Source of the DNA: Eledone cirrhosa
Taxonomy: Eukaryota
Length of the DNA stretch: 64,000 nt
Direction of reading: 5' to 3'
Assembly (NCBI GenBank): GCA_964016885.1
Contig: CAXHJY010000834.1
Coordinates: forward strand, 248,001 to 312,000
Below are positions 1 to 15,000 of this stretch, in pieces (the stretch's first letter is position 1; every line of letters begins with the position of its first letter). A program made the position numbers and the translations under genes. The notes beneath the pieces are model-generated. The model worked only from the letters and a program-made list of their open reading frames with translations, was not told where the DNA came from and searched no databases.

Positions 1-3000
1 TGAAAAGATACCAGTACTAGAACCAAATACAGTTAGTGTGAAAAGATACCAGTACTAGGACCAAATACAGTTAGTGTGAAAAGATACCAGTACTAGAACC
101 AAATACAGTTAGTGTGAAAAGATACCAGTACTAGGACCAAGTACAGTTAGTGTGAAAAGATACCAGTACTAGGACCAAATACAGTTAGTGCGAAAAGATA
201 CCAGTACTAGGACCAAATACAGTTAGTGTGAAAAGATACCAGTACTAGGACCAAATACAGTTAGTCTTAAAAGATACCAGTACTAGGACCAAGTACAGTT
301 AGTGTGAAAAGATACCAGTACTAGGACCAAATACAGTTAGTGTGAAAAGATACCAGTACAAGGACCAAATACAGTTACTGTGAACAGACACCAGTACTAG
401 GACCAAATACAGTTAGTGTGAAAAGACACCAGTACTAGGACCAAATACAGTTAGTGTGAAAAGATACCAGTACTAGGACCAAATACAGTTAGTGTGAAAA
501 GACATCAGTACTAGGACCAAATACTGTTAGTGTGAAAAGATACCAGTACTAGGACCAAATACAGTTAGTGTGAAAAGACACCAGTACTAGGACCAAATAC
601 TGTTAGTGTGAAAAGATACCAGTACTAGGACCAAATACAGTTAGTGTAAAAAGATACCAGTACTAAGACTAAATACAGTTAGTGTGAAATGATACCAGTA
701 CTAGGACCAAATACAGTTAGTGTGAACAGACACCAGTACTAGGACCAAATACAGTTAGTGTGAAAAGACACCAGTACTAGGACCAAATACAGTTAGTGTG
801 AAAAGACATCAGTACTAGGACCAAATACTGTTAGTGTGAAAAGATACCAGTACTAGAACCAAATACAGTTAGTGTGAAAAGACACAAGTACTAGGACCAA
901 ATACAGTTAGTGTAAAAAGATACCAGTACTAAGACTAAATACAGTTAGTGTGAAATGATACCAGTACTAGGACCAAATACAGTTAGTGTGAACAGACACC
1001 AGTACTAGGACCAAATACAGTTAGTGTGAAAAGACACCAGTACTAGGACCAAATACAGTTAGTGTGAAAAGACATCAGTACTAGGACCAAATACTGTTAG
1101 TGTGAAAAGATACCAGTACTAGAACCAAATACAGTTAGTGTGAAAAGACACAAGTACTAGGACCAAATACAGTTAGTGTGAAAAGATACCAGTACTAGGA
1201 CCAAATACAGTTAGTGTGAAAAGATACCAGTACTAGAACCAAATACAGTTAGTGTGAAAAGACACAAGTACTAGGACCAAATACAGTTAGTGTGAAAAGA
1301 TACCAGTACTAGGACCAAATACAGTTAGTGTGAAAAGACACCAGTACTAGGACCAAATACAGTTAGTGTAAAAAGATACCAGTACTAGGACCAAATACAG
1401 TTAGTGTGAAGAGATACCAGTACTAGGACCAAATACAGTAAGTGTGAAAAGATACCTGTACTAGGACCAAATACAGTTAGTGTGAACAGATACCAGTACT
1501 AGGACCAAATACAGTTAGTGTGAAAAGATACCAGTACTAGGACCAAATACAGTTAGTGTGAAAAGATACCAGTACTAGAACCAAATACAGTTAGTGTGAA
1601 AAGATACCAGTACTAGGACCAAGTACAGTTAGTGTGAAAAGATACCAGTACTAGGACCAAATACAGTTAGTGCGAAAAGATACCAGTACTAGGACCAAAT
1701 ACAGTTAGTGTATACAGACACCAGTACTAGGACCAAATACAGTTAGTGTGAAAAGATACCAGTACTAGGACCAAATACAGTTAGTCTGAAAAGATACCAG
1801 TACTAGGACCAAGTACAGTTAGTGTGAAAAGATACCAGTACTAGGACCAAATACAGTTAGTGTGAAAAGATACCAGTACAAGGACCAAATACAGTTACTG
1901 TGAACAGACACCAGTACTAGGACCAAATACAGTTAGTGTGAAAAGACACCAGTACTAGGACCAAATACAGTTAGTGTGAAAAGACATCAGTACTAGGACC
2001 AAATACTGTTAGTGTGAAAAGATACCAGTACTAGAACCAAATACAGTTAGTGTGAAAAGACACAAGTACTAGGACCAAATACAGTTAGTGTGAAAAGATA
2101 CCAGTACTAGGACCAAATACAGTTAGTGTGAAAAGATACCAGTACTAGAACCAAATACAGTTAGTGTGAAAAGACACCAGTACTAGGACCAAATACAGTT
2201 AGTGTGAAAAGATACCAGTACTAGGACCAAATACAGTTAGTGTGAAAAGACACCAGTACTAGGACCAAATACAGTTAGTGTAAAAAGATACCAGTACTAG
2301 GACCAAATACAGTTAGTGTGAAGAGATACCAGTACTAGGACCAAATACAGTTAGTGTGAAAAGATACCAGTACTAGGACCAAATACAGTTAGTGTGAACA
2401 GATACCAGTATTAGGACCAAATACAGTTAGTGTGAAAAGATACCAGTACTAGGACCAAATACAGTTAGTGTTAAAAGATACCAGTACTAGGACCAAATAC
2501 AGTTAGTGTGAAAAGATACCAGTACTAGGACCAAGTACAGTTAGTGTGAAAAAATACCAGTACTAGGACCAAATACAGTTAGTGCGAAAAGATACCAGTA
2601 CTAGGACCAAATACAGTTAGTGTAAACAGACACCAGTACTAGGACCAAATACAGTTAGTGTGAAAAGATACCAGTACTAGGACCAAATACAGTTAGTCTG
2701 AAATGGTACCAGTACTAGGACCAAGTACAGTTAGTGTGAAAAGATACCAGTACTAGGACCAAATACAGTTAGTGTGAAAAGATACCAGTACAAGGACCAA
2801 ATACAGTTAGTGTGATCAGACACCAGTACTAGGACCAAATACAGTTAGTGTGAAAAGATACCAGTACAAGGACCAAATACAGTTAGTGTGAAAAGACACC
2901 AGTACTAGGACCAAATACAGTTAGTGTGAAAAGATACCAGTACTAGGACCAAATACAGTTAGTGTGAAAAGATACCAGTACTAGGACCAAATACAGTTAG

Positions 3001-6000
3001 TGTAAACAGACACCAGTACTAGGACCAAATACAGTTAGTGTGAAAAGATACCAGTACTAGGACGAAATACAGTTAGTCTGAAAAGATACCAGTACTAGGA
3101 CCAAGTACAGTTAGTGTGAAAAGATACCAGTACTAGGACCAAATACAGTTAGTGTGAAAAGATACCAGTACAAGGACCAAATACAGTTAGTGTGAACAGA
3201 CACCAGTACTAGGACCAAATACAGTTAGTATGAAAAGATACCAGTACAAGGACCAAATACAGTTAGTGTGAAAAGACACCAGTACTAGGACCAAATACAG
3301 TTAGTGTGAAAAGATACCAGTACTAGGACCAAATACAGTTAGTGTGAAAAGATACCAGTACTAGGACCAAATACAGTTAGTGTAAACAGACACCAGTACT
3401 AGGACCAAATACAGTTAGTGTGAAAAGATACCAGTACTAGGACCAAATACAGTTAGTCTGAAAAGATACCAGTACTAGGACCAAGTACAGTTAGTGTGAA
3501 AAGATACCAGTACTAGGACCAAATACAGTTAGTGTGAAAAGATACCAGTACAAGGACCAAATACAGTTAGTGTGAACAGACACCAGTACTAGGACCAAAT
3601 ACAGTTAGTCTGAATAGATACCAGTACTAGGACCAAATACAGTTAGTGTGAAAAGACACCAGTACTAGGACCAAATACAGTTAGTGTGAAAAGACACCAG
3701 TACTAGGACCAAATACAGTTAGTGTGAAAAGACACCAGTACTAGGACCAAATACAGTTAGTGTGAAAAGATACCAGTACTAGGACCAAATACAGTTAGTC
3801 TGAAAAGACACCAGTACTAGGACCAAATACAGTTAGTGTGAAAATACACCAGTACTAGAACCAAATACAGTCAGTGTGAAAAGACACCAGTACTAGGACC
3901 AAATACAGTTAGTGTGAACAGACATCAGTACTAGGACCAAATACAGTTAGTGTGAAAAGATACCAGTACTAGGACCAAATACAGTTAGTGTGAAAAGATA
4001 CCAGTACTAGGACCAAATACAGTTAGTGTGAAAAGATACCAGTACTAGGACCAAATACAGTTAGTGTGAAAAGATACCAGTACTAGGACCAAATACAGTT
4101 AGTGTGAACAGACACCAGTACTAGGACCAAATACAGTTAGTGTTAACAGACACTAGTACTAGGACCAAATACAGTTAGTGTGAAAAGACACCAGTACTAG
4201 GACCAAATACAGTTAGTGTGAACAGACACCAGTACTAGGACCAAATACAGTTAGTGTGAACAAACACCAGTACTAGGACCAAATACAGTTAGTGTGAAAA
4301 GATACCAGTACTAGGACCAAATACAGTTAGTGTGAAAAGATACCAGTACTAGGACCAAATACAGTTAGTGTGAAAAGACACCAGTACTAGGACCAAATAC
4401 AGTTAGTGTGAAAAGATACCAGTACTAGGACCAAATACAGTTAGTGTGAAAAGATACCAGTACTAGGACCAAATACAGTTAGTGTGAAAAGATACCAGTA
4501 CTAGGACCAAATACAGTTAGTGTGAAAAGATACCAGTACTAGGACCAAATACAGTTAGTGTGAAAAGATACCAGTACTAGGACCAAATACAGTTAGTGTG
4601 AAAAGATACCAGTACTAGGACCAAATACAGTTAGTGTGAACAGACACCAGTACTAGGACCAAATACAGTTAGTGTTAACAGACACTAGTACTAGGACCAA
4701 ATACAGTTAGTGTGAAAAGACACCAGTACTAGGACCAAATACAGTTAGTGTGAAAAGATACCAGTACTAGGACCAAATACAGTTAGTGTTAACAGACACT
4801 AGTACTAGGACCAAATACAGTTAGTGTTAACAGACACTAGTACTAGGACCAAATACAGTTAGTGTGAAAAGACACCAGTACTAGGACCAAATACAGTTAG
4901 TGTGAACAGACACAGTACTAGGACCAAATACAGTTAGTGTTAACAGACACTAGTACTAGGACCAAATACAGTTAGTGTGAAAAGACACCAGTACTAGGAC
5001 CAAATACAGTTAGTGTGAACAGACACCAGTACTATGACCAAATACAGTTAGTGTGAACAAACACCAGTACTAGGACCAAATACAGTTAGTGTGAAAAGAT
5101 ACCAGTACTAGGACCAAATACAGTTAGTGTGAAAAGATACCAGTACTAGGACCAAATACAGTTAGTGTGAAAAGATACCAGTACTAGGACCAAATACAGC
5201 TAGTGTGAAAAGACACCAGTACTAGGACCAAATACAGTTAGTGTGAAAAGACATCAGTACTAGGACCAAATACAGTTAGTGTGAAAAGACACCAGTACTA
5301 GGACCAAATACAGTTAGTGTGAAAAGATACCAGTACAAGGACCAAATACAGTTAGTGTGAAAAGACATCAGTACTAGGACCAAATACAGTTAGTGTGAAA
5401 AGATACCAGTACTAGAACCAAATACAGTTAGTGTGAAAAGATACCAGTACTAGGACCAAATACAGTTAGTGTGAAAAGATACCAGTACTAGGACCAAATA
5501 CAGTTAGTATGAAAAGATACCAGTACTAGGACCAAATACAGTTAGTGTGAAAAGATACCAGTACTAGGACCAAATACAGTTAGTGTGAACAGACACCAGT
5601 ACTAGGACCAAATACAGTTAGTGTTAACAGACACTAGTACTAGGACCAAATACAGTTAGTGTGAAAAGACACCAGTACTAGGACCAAATACAGTTAGTGT
5701 GAAAAGATACCAGTACTAGGACCAAATACAGTTAGTGTGAAAAGATACCAGTACTAGGACCAAATACAGTTAGTGTGAAAAGATACCAGTACTAGGACCA
5801 AATACAGTTAGTGTGAAAAGATACCAGTACTAGGACCAAATACAGTTAGTGTGAACAGACACCAGTACTAGGACCAAATACAGTTAGTGTTAACAGACAC
5901 TAGTACTAGGACCAAATACAGTTAGTGTGAAAAGACACCAGTACTAGGACCAAATACAGTTAGTGTGAACAGACACCAGTACTAGGACCAAATACAGTTA

Positions 6001-9000
6001 GTGTGAACAAACACCAGTACTAGGACCAAATACAGTTAGTGTGAAAAGATACCAGTACTAGGACCAAATACAGTTAGTGTGAAAAGATACCAGTACTAGG
6101 ACCAAATACAGTTAGTGTGAAAAGACACCAGTACTAGGACCAAATACAGTTAGTGTGAAAAGATACCAGTACTAGGACCAAATACAGTTAGTGTGAAAAG
6201 ATACCAGTACTAGGACCAAATACAGTTAGTGTGAAAAGATACCAGTACTAGGACCAAATACAGCTTGTGTGAAAAGACACCAGTACTAGGACCAAATACA
6301 GTTAGTGTGAAAAGATACCAGTACTAGGACCAAATACAGCTAGTGTGAAAAGACACCAGTACTAGGACCAAATACAGTTAGTGTGAAAAGATACCAGTAC
6401 TAGGACCAAATACAGTTAGTGTGAACAGACACCAGTACTAGGACCAAATACAGTTAGTGTGAAAAGACACCAGTACTAGGACCAAATACAGTTAGTGTGA
6501 ACAAACACCAGTACTAGGACCAAATACAGCTAGTGTGAAAAGACACCAGTACTAGGACCAAATACTGTTAGTGTGAAAAGATACCAGTACTAGGACCAAA
6601 TACAGTTAGTGTGAACAGACACCAGTACTAGGACCAAATACAGTTAGTGTGAAAAGACACCAGTACTAGGACCAAATACAGTTAGTGTGAACAGACACCA
6701 GTACTAGGACCAAATACAGTTAGTGTGAAAAGACACCAGTACTAGGACCAAATACAGTTAGTGTGAACAGACACCAGTACTAGGACCAAATACAGTTAGT
6801 GTGAAAAGATACCAGTACTAGGAACAAATACAGTTAGTTTGAACAGACACCAGTACTAGGACCAAATACAGTTAGTGTGAAAAGACACCAGTACTAGGAC
6901 CAAATACAGTTAGTGTGAACAGACACCAGTACTAGGCCCAAATACAGTTAGTGTGAACAGATACCAGTACTAGGACCAAATACAGTTAGTGTGAACAGAC
7001 ACCAGTACTAGGACCAAATACAGTTAGTGTGAAAAGATACCAGTACAAGGACCAAATACAGTTAGTGTGAAAAGATACCAGTACTAGGACCAAATACAGT
7101 TAGTGTGAAATGATACCAGTACTAGGACCAAATACAGTTAGTGTGAAAAGACACCAGTACTAGGACCAAATACAGTTAGTGTGAACAGACACCAGTACTA
7201 GGACCAAATACTGTTAGTGTGAAAAGATACCAGTACTAGGACCAAATACAGTTAGTGTGAAAAGATACCAGTACTAGAACCAAATACAGTTAGTGTGAAA
7301 AGACACCAGTACTAGGACCAAATACAGTTAGTGTGAACAGACACCAGTACTAGGACCAAATACAGTTAGTGTGAAAAGACACCAGTACTAGGACCAAATA
7401 CAGTTAGTGTGAAAAGATACCTGTACTAGGACCAAATACAGTTAGTGTGAAAAGATACCAGTACTAGGACCAAATACAGTTAGTGTGAAAAGACACCAGT
7501 ACTAGGACCAAATACAGTTAGTGTGAAAAGATACCAGTACTAGGACCAAATACAGTTAGTGTGAAAAGATACCAGTACTAGGACCAAATACAGTTAGTGT
7601 GAAAAGATACCAGTACTAGGACCAAATACAGTTAGTGTGAAAAGACACCAGTACTAGGACCAAATACAGTTAGTGTGAAAAGATACCAGTACTAGGACCA
7701 AATACAGTTAGTGTGAACAGATACCAGTACTAGGACCAAATACAGTTAGTGTGAAAAGACACCAGTACTAGGACCAAATACAGTTAGTGTGAACAGACAC
7801 CAGTACTAGAACCAAATACAGTTAGTGTGAAAAGACACCAGTACTAGGAACAAATACAGTTAGTGTGAACAGATACCAGTAGTAGGACCAAATACAGTTA
7901 GTGTGAAAAGACACCAGTACTAGGACCAAATACAGTTAGTGTGAAAAGATACCAGTACTAGGACCAAATACAGTTAGTGTGAAAAGACACCAGTACTAGG
8001 ACCAAATACAGTTAGTGTGAAAAGATACCAGTACTAGGACCAAATACAGTTAGTGTGAAAAGATACCAGTACTAGGACCAAATACAGTTAGTGTGAACAG
8101 ATACCAGTAGTAGGACCAAATACAGTTAGTGTGAAAAGATACCAGTACAAGGACCAAATACAGTTAGTGTGAAAAGACATCAGTACTAGGACCAAATACA
8201 GTTAGTGTGAAAAGATACCAGTACTAGGACCAAATACAGTTAGTGTGAACAGATACCAGTAGTAGGACCAAATACAGCTAGTGTGAAAAGATACCAGTAC
8301 TAGGACCAAATACAATTAGTGTGAAAAGACATCAGTACTAGGACCAAATACAGTTAGTGTGAAAAGACACCAGTACTAGGACCAAATACAGTTAGTGTGA
8401 ACAGATACCAGTACTAGGACCAAATACAGTTAGTGTGAAATGATACCAGTACTAGGACCAAATACAGTTAGTGTGAAAAGACACCAGTACTAGGACCAAA
8501 TACAGTTAGTGTGAACAGACACCAGTACTAGGACCAAATACTGTTAGTGTGAAAAGATACCAGTACTAGGACCAAATACAGTTAGTGTGAAAAGATACCA
8601 GTACTAGAACCAAATACAGTTAGTGTGAAAAGACACCAGTACTAGGACCAAATACAGTTAGTGTGAACAGACACCAGTACTAGGACCAAATACAGTTAGT
8701 GTGAAAAGATACCAGTACTAGGACCAAATACAGTTAGTGTGAAAAGACATCAGTACTAGGACCAAATACTGTTAGTGTGAAAAGATACCAGTACTAGGAC
8801 CAAATACAGTTAGTGTAAAAAGACACAAGTACTAGGACCAAATACAGTTAGTGTGAAAAGATACCAGTACTAGGACCGAATACAGTTAGTGTGAAAAGAC
8901 ATCAGTACTAGGACCAAATACTGTTAGTGTGAAAAGATACCAGTACTAGGACCAAATACAGTTAGTGTAAAAAAACACAAGTACTAGGACCAAATACAGT

Positions 9001-12000
9001 TAGTGTGAAAAGATACCAGTACTAGGACCAAATACAGTTAGTGTGAAAAGACATCAGTACTAGGACCAAATACTGTTAGTGTGAAAAGATACCAGTACTA
9101 GGACCAAATACAGTTAGTGTGAAAAGACACCAGTACTAGGACCAAATACTGTTAGTGTGAAAAGATACCAGTACTAGGACCAAATACAGTTAGTGTAAAA
9201 AGATACCAGTACTAAGACTAAATACAGTTAGTGTGAAATGATACCAGTACTAGGACCAAATACAGTTAGTGTGAACAGACACCAGTACTAGGACCAAATA
9301 CAGTTAGTGTGAAAAGACACCAGTACTAGGACCAAATACAGTTAGTGTGAAAAGACATCAGTACTAGGACCAAATACTGTTAGTGTGAAAAGATACCAGT
9401 ACTAGAACCAAATACAGTTAGTGTGAAAAGACACAAGTACTAGGACCAAATACAGTTAGTGTGAAAAGATACCAGTACTAGGACCAAATACAGTTAGTGT
9501 GAAAAGATACCAGTACTAGAACCAAATACAGTTAGTGTGAAAAGACACAAGTACTAGGACCAAATACAGTTAGTGTGAAAAGATACCAGTACTAGGACCA
9601 AATACAGTTAGTGTGAAAAGACACCAGTACTAGGACCAAATACAGTTAGTGTAAAAAGATACCAGTACTAGGACCAAATACAGTTAGTGTGAAGAGATAC
9701 CAGTACTAGGACCAAATACAGTTAGTGTGAAAAGATACCAGTACTAGGACCAAATACAGTTAGTGTGAACAGATACCAGTACTAGGACCAAATACAGTTA
9801 GTGTGAAAAGATACCAGTACTAGGACCAAATACAGTTAGTGTGAAAAGATACCAGTACTAGAACCAAATACAGTTAGTGTGAAAAGATACCAGTACTAGG
9901 ACCAATTACAGTTAGTGTGAAAAGATACCAGTACTAGGACCAAATACAGTTAGTGCGAAAAGATACCAGTACTAGGACCAAATACAGTTAGTGTAAACAG
10001 ACACCAGTACTAGGACCAAATACAGTTAGTGTGAAAAGATACCAGTACTAGGACCAAATACAGTTAGTCTGAAAAGATACCAGTTCTAGGACCAAGTACA
10101 GTTAGTGTGAAAAGATACCAGTACTAGGACCAAATACAGTTAGTGTGAAAAGATACCAGTACAAGGACCAAATACAGTTACTGTGAACAGACACCAGTAC
10201 TAGGACCAAATACAGTTAGTGTGAAAAGACACCAGTACTAGGACCAAATACAGTTAGTGTGAAAAGACATCAGTACTAGGACCAAATACTGTTAGTGTGA
10301 AAAGATACCAGTACTAGAACCAAATACAGTTAGTGTGAAAAGACACAAGTACTAGGACCAAATACAGTTAGTGTGAAAAGATACCAGTACTAGGACCAAA
10401 TACAGTTAGTGTGAAAAGATACCAGTACTAGAACCAAATACAGTTAGTGTGAAAAGACACCAGTACTAGGACCAAATACAGTTAGTGTGAAAAGATACCA
10501 GTACTAGGACCAAATACAGTTAGTGTGAAAAGACACCAGTACTAGGACCAAATACAGTTAGTGTAAAAAGATACCAGTACTAGGACCAAATACAGTTAGT
10601 GTGAAGAGATACCAGTACTAGGACCAAATACAGTTAGTGTGAAAAGATACCAGTACTAGGACCAAATACAGTTAGTGTGAACAGATACCAGTACTAGGAC
10701 CAAATACAGTTAGTGTGAAAAGATACCAGTACTAGGACCAAATACAGTTAGTGTTAAAAGATACCAGTACTAGGACCAAATACAGTTAGTGTGAAAAGAT
10801 ACCAGTACTAGGACCAAGTACAGTTAGTGTGAAAAGATACCAGTACTAGGACCAAATACAGTTAGTGCGAAAAGATACCAGTACTAGGACCAAATACAGT
10901 TAGTGTAAACAGACACCAGTACTAGGACCAAATACAGTTAGTGTGAAAAGATACCAGTACTAGGACCAAATACAGTTAGTCTGAAATGATACCAGTACTA
11001 GGACCAAGTACAGTTAGTGTGAAAAGATACCAGTACTAGGACCAAATACAGTTAGTGTGAAAAGATACCAGTACAAGGACCAAATACAATTAGTGTGAAC
11101 AGACACCAGTACTAGGACCAAATACAGTTAGTGTGAAAAGATACCAGTACAAGGACCAAATACAGTTAGTGTGAAAAGACACCAGTACTAGGACCAAATA
11201 CAGTTAGTGTGAAAAGATACCAGTACTAGGACCAAATACAGTTAGTGTGAAAAGATACCAGTACTAGGACCAAATACAGTTAGTGTAAACAGACACCAGT
11301 ACTAGGACCAAATACAGTTAGTGTGAAAAGATACCAGTACTAGGACGAAATACAGTTAGTCTGAAAAGATACCAGTACTAGGACCAAGTACAGTTAGTGT
11401 GAAAAGATACCAGTACTAGGACCAAATACAGTTAGTGTGAAAAGATACCAGTACAAGGACCAAATACAGTTAGTGTGAACAGACACCAGTACTAGGACCA
11501 AATACAGTTAGTGTGAAAAGATACCAGTACAAGGACCAAATACAGTTAGTGTGAAAAGACACCAGTACTAGGACCAAATACAGTTAGTGTGAAAAGATAC
11601 CAGTACTAGGACCAAATACAGTTAGTGTGAAAAGATACCAGTACTAGGACCAAATACAGTTAGTGTAAACAGACACCAGTACTAGGACCAAATACAGTTA
11701 GTGTGAAAAGATACCAGTACTAGGACCAAATACAGTTAGTCTGAAAAGATACCAGTACTAGGACCAAGTACAGTTAGTGTGAAAAGATACCAGTACTAGG
11801 ACCAAATACAGTTAGTGTGAAAAGATACCAGTACAAGGACCAAATACAGTTAGTGTGAACAGACACCAGTACTAGGACCAAATACAGTTAGTGTGAAAAG
11901 ATACCAGTACTAGGACCAAATACAGTTAGTGTGAATAGATACCAGTACTAGGACCAAATACAGTTAGTGTGAAAAGACACCAGTACTAGGGCCAAATACA

Positions 12001-15000
12001 GTTAGTGTGAAAAGACACCAGTACTAGGACCAAATACAGTTAGTGTGAAAAGACACCAGTACTAGGACCAAATACAGTTAGTGTGAAAAGATACCAGTAC
12101 TAGGACCAAATACAGTTAGTGTGAAAAGATACCAGTACTAGGACCAAATACAGTTAGTGTGAACAGACACTAGTACTAGGACCAAATACAGTTAGTGTGA
12201 AAAGACACCAGTACTAGGACCAAATACAGTTAGTGTGAACAGACACCAGTACTAGGACCAAATACAGTTAGTGTTAACAGACACTAGTACTAGGACCAAA
12301 TACAGTTAGTGTGAAAAGACACCAGTACTAGGACCAAATACAGTTAGTGTGAACAGACACCAGTACTAGGACCAAATACAGTTAGTGTGAACAAACACCA
12401 GTACTAGGACCAAATACAGTTAGTGTGAAAAGACACCAGTACTAGGCCCAAATACAGCTAGTGTGAAAAGATACCAGTACTAGGACCAAAGACAGTTAGT
12501 GTGAACAGATACCAGTACTAGGAACAAATACAGTTAGTGTGAACAGACACCAGTACTAGGACCAAATACAGTTAGTGTGAAAAGATACCAGTACTAGGAC
12601 CAAATACAGTTAGTGTGAAAAGATACCAGTACTAGGACCAAATACAGTTAGTGTGAAAAGATACCAGTACTAGGACCAAATACAGTTAGTGTGAAAAGAT
12701 ACCAGTACTAGGACCAAATACAGTTAGTGTGAAAAGATACCAGTACTAGGACCAAATACAGTTAGTGTGAAAAGATACCAGTACTAGGACCAAATACAGT
12801 TAGTGTGAAAAGATACCAGTACTAGGACCAAATACAGTTAGTGTGAAAAGATACCACTACTAGGACCAAATACAGTTAGTGTGAAAAGACACCAGTACTA
12901 GGACGAAATACAGTTAGTGTGAAAAGACATCAGTACTAGAACCAAATACAGTTAGTGTGAAAAGACACCAGTACTAGGACCAAATACAGTTAGTGTGAAA
13001 AGATACCAGTACTAGGACCAAATACAGTTAGTGTGAAAAGATACCAGTACTAGGACCAAATACAGTTAGTGTGAAAAGATACCAGTACTAGGACGAAATA
13101 CAGTTAGTGTGAAAAGACATCAGTACTAGAACCAAATACAGTTAGTGTGAAAAGACACCAGTACTAGGACCAAATACAGTTAGTGTGAAAAGATACCAGT
13201 ACTAGGACCAAATACAGTTAGTGTGAAAAGATACCAGTACTAGGACCAAATACAGTTAGTGTGAAAAGATACCAGTACTAGGACCAAATACAGTTAGTGT
13301 GAAAAGATACCAGTACTAGGACCAAATACAGTTAGTGTGAAAAGATACCAGTACTAGGACCAAATACAGTTAGTGTGAAAAGATACCAGTACTAGGACGA
13401 AATACAGTTAGTGTGAAAAGACATCAGTACTAGAACCAAATACAGTTAGTGTGAAAAGACACCAGTACTAGGACCAAATACAGTTAGTGTGAAAAGACAC
13501 CAGTACTAGGACGAAATACAGTTAGTGTGAAAAGACATCAGTACTAGAACCAAATACAGTTAGTGTGAAAAGACACCAGTACTAGGACCAAATACAGTTA
13601 GTGTGAAAAGATACCAGTACTAGGACCAAATACAGTTAGTGTGAAAAGATACCAGTACTAGGACCAAATACAGTTAGTGTGAAAAGATACCAGTACTAGG
13701 ACCAAATACAGTTAGTGTGAAAAGATACCAGTACTAGGACCAAATACAGTTAGTGTGAAAAGATACCACTACTAGGACCAAATACAGTTAGTGTGAAAAG
13801 ACACCAGTACTAGGACGAAATACAGTTAGTGTGAAAAGACATCAGTACTAGAACCAAATGCAGTTAGTGTGAAAAAACACCAGTACTAGGACCAAATACA
13901 GTTAGTGTGAAAAGATACCAGTACTAGGACCAAATACAGTTAGTGTGAAAAGATACCAGTACTAGAACCAAATACAGTTAGTGTGAAAAGATACCAGTAC
14001 TAGGACCAAATACAGTTAGTGTGAAAAGATACCAGTACTAGGACCAAATACAGTTAGTGTGAAAAGATACCACTACTAGGACCAAATACAGTTAGTGTGA
14101 AAAGACACCAGTACTAGGACGAAATACAGTTAGTGTCAAAAGACATCAGTACTAGAACCAAATACAGTTAGTGTGAAAAGACACCAGTACTAGGACCAAA
14201 TACAGTTAGTGTGAAAAGATACCAGTACTAGGACCAAATACAGTTAGTGTGAAAAGATACCAGTACTAGGACCAAATACAGTTAGTGTGAAAAGATACCA
14301 GTACTAGGACCAAATACAGTTAGTGTGAAAAGATACCAGTACTAGGACCAAATACAGTTAGTGTGAAAAGATACCACTACTAGGACCAAATACAGTTAGT
14401 GTGAAAAGACACCAGTACTAGGACGAAATACAGTTAGTGTGAAAAGACATCAGTACTAGAACCAAATACAGTTAGTGTGAAAAGACACCAGTACTAGGAC
14501 CAAATACAGTTAGTGTGAAAAGATACCAGTACTAGGACCAAATACAGTTAGTGTGAAAAGATACCAGTACTAGGACCAAATACAGTTAGTGTGAAAAGAT
14601 ACCAGTACTAGGACCAAATACAGTTAGTGTGAAAAGATACCAGTACTAGGACCAAATACAGTTAGTGTGAAAAGATACCACTACTAGGACCAAATACAGT
14701 TAGTATGAAAAGACACCAGTACTAGGACGAAATACAGTTAGTGTGAAAAGACATCAGTACTAGAACCAAATACAGTTAGTGTGAAAAGACACCAGTACTA
14801 GGACCAAATACAGTTAGTGTGAAAAGATACCAGTACTAGGACCAAATACAGTTAGTCTGAATAGATACCAGTACTAGGACCAAATACAGTTAGTCTGAAA
14901 AGATACTAGTACTAGGACCAAATACAGTTAGTGTGAAAAGATACCAGTACTAGGACCAAATACAGTTAGTGTGAAAAGATACCAGTACTAGGACCAAATA

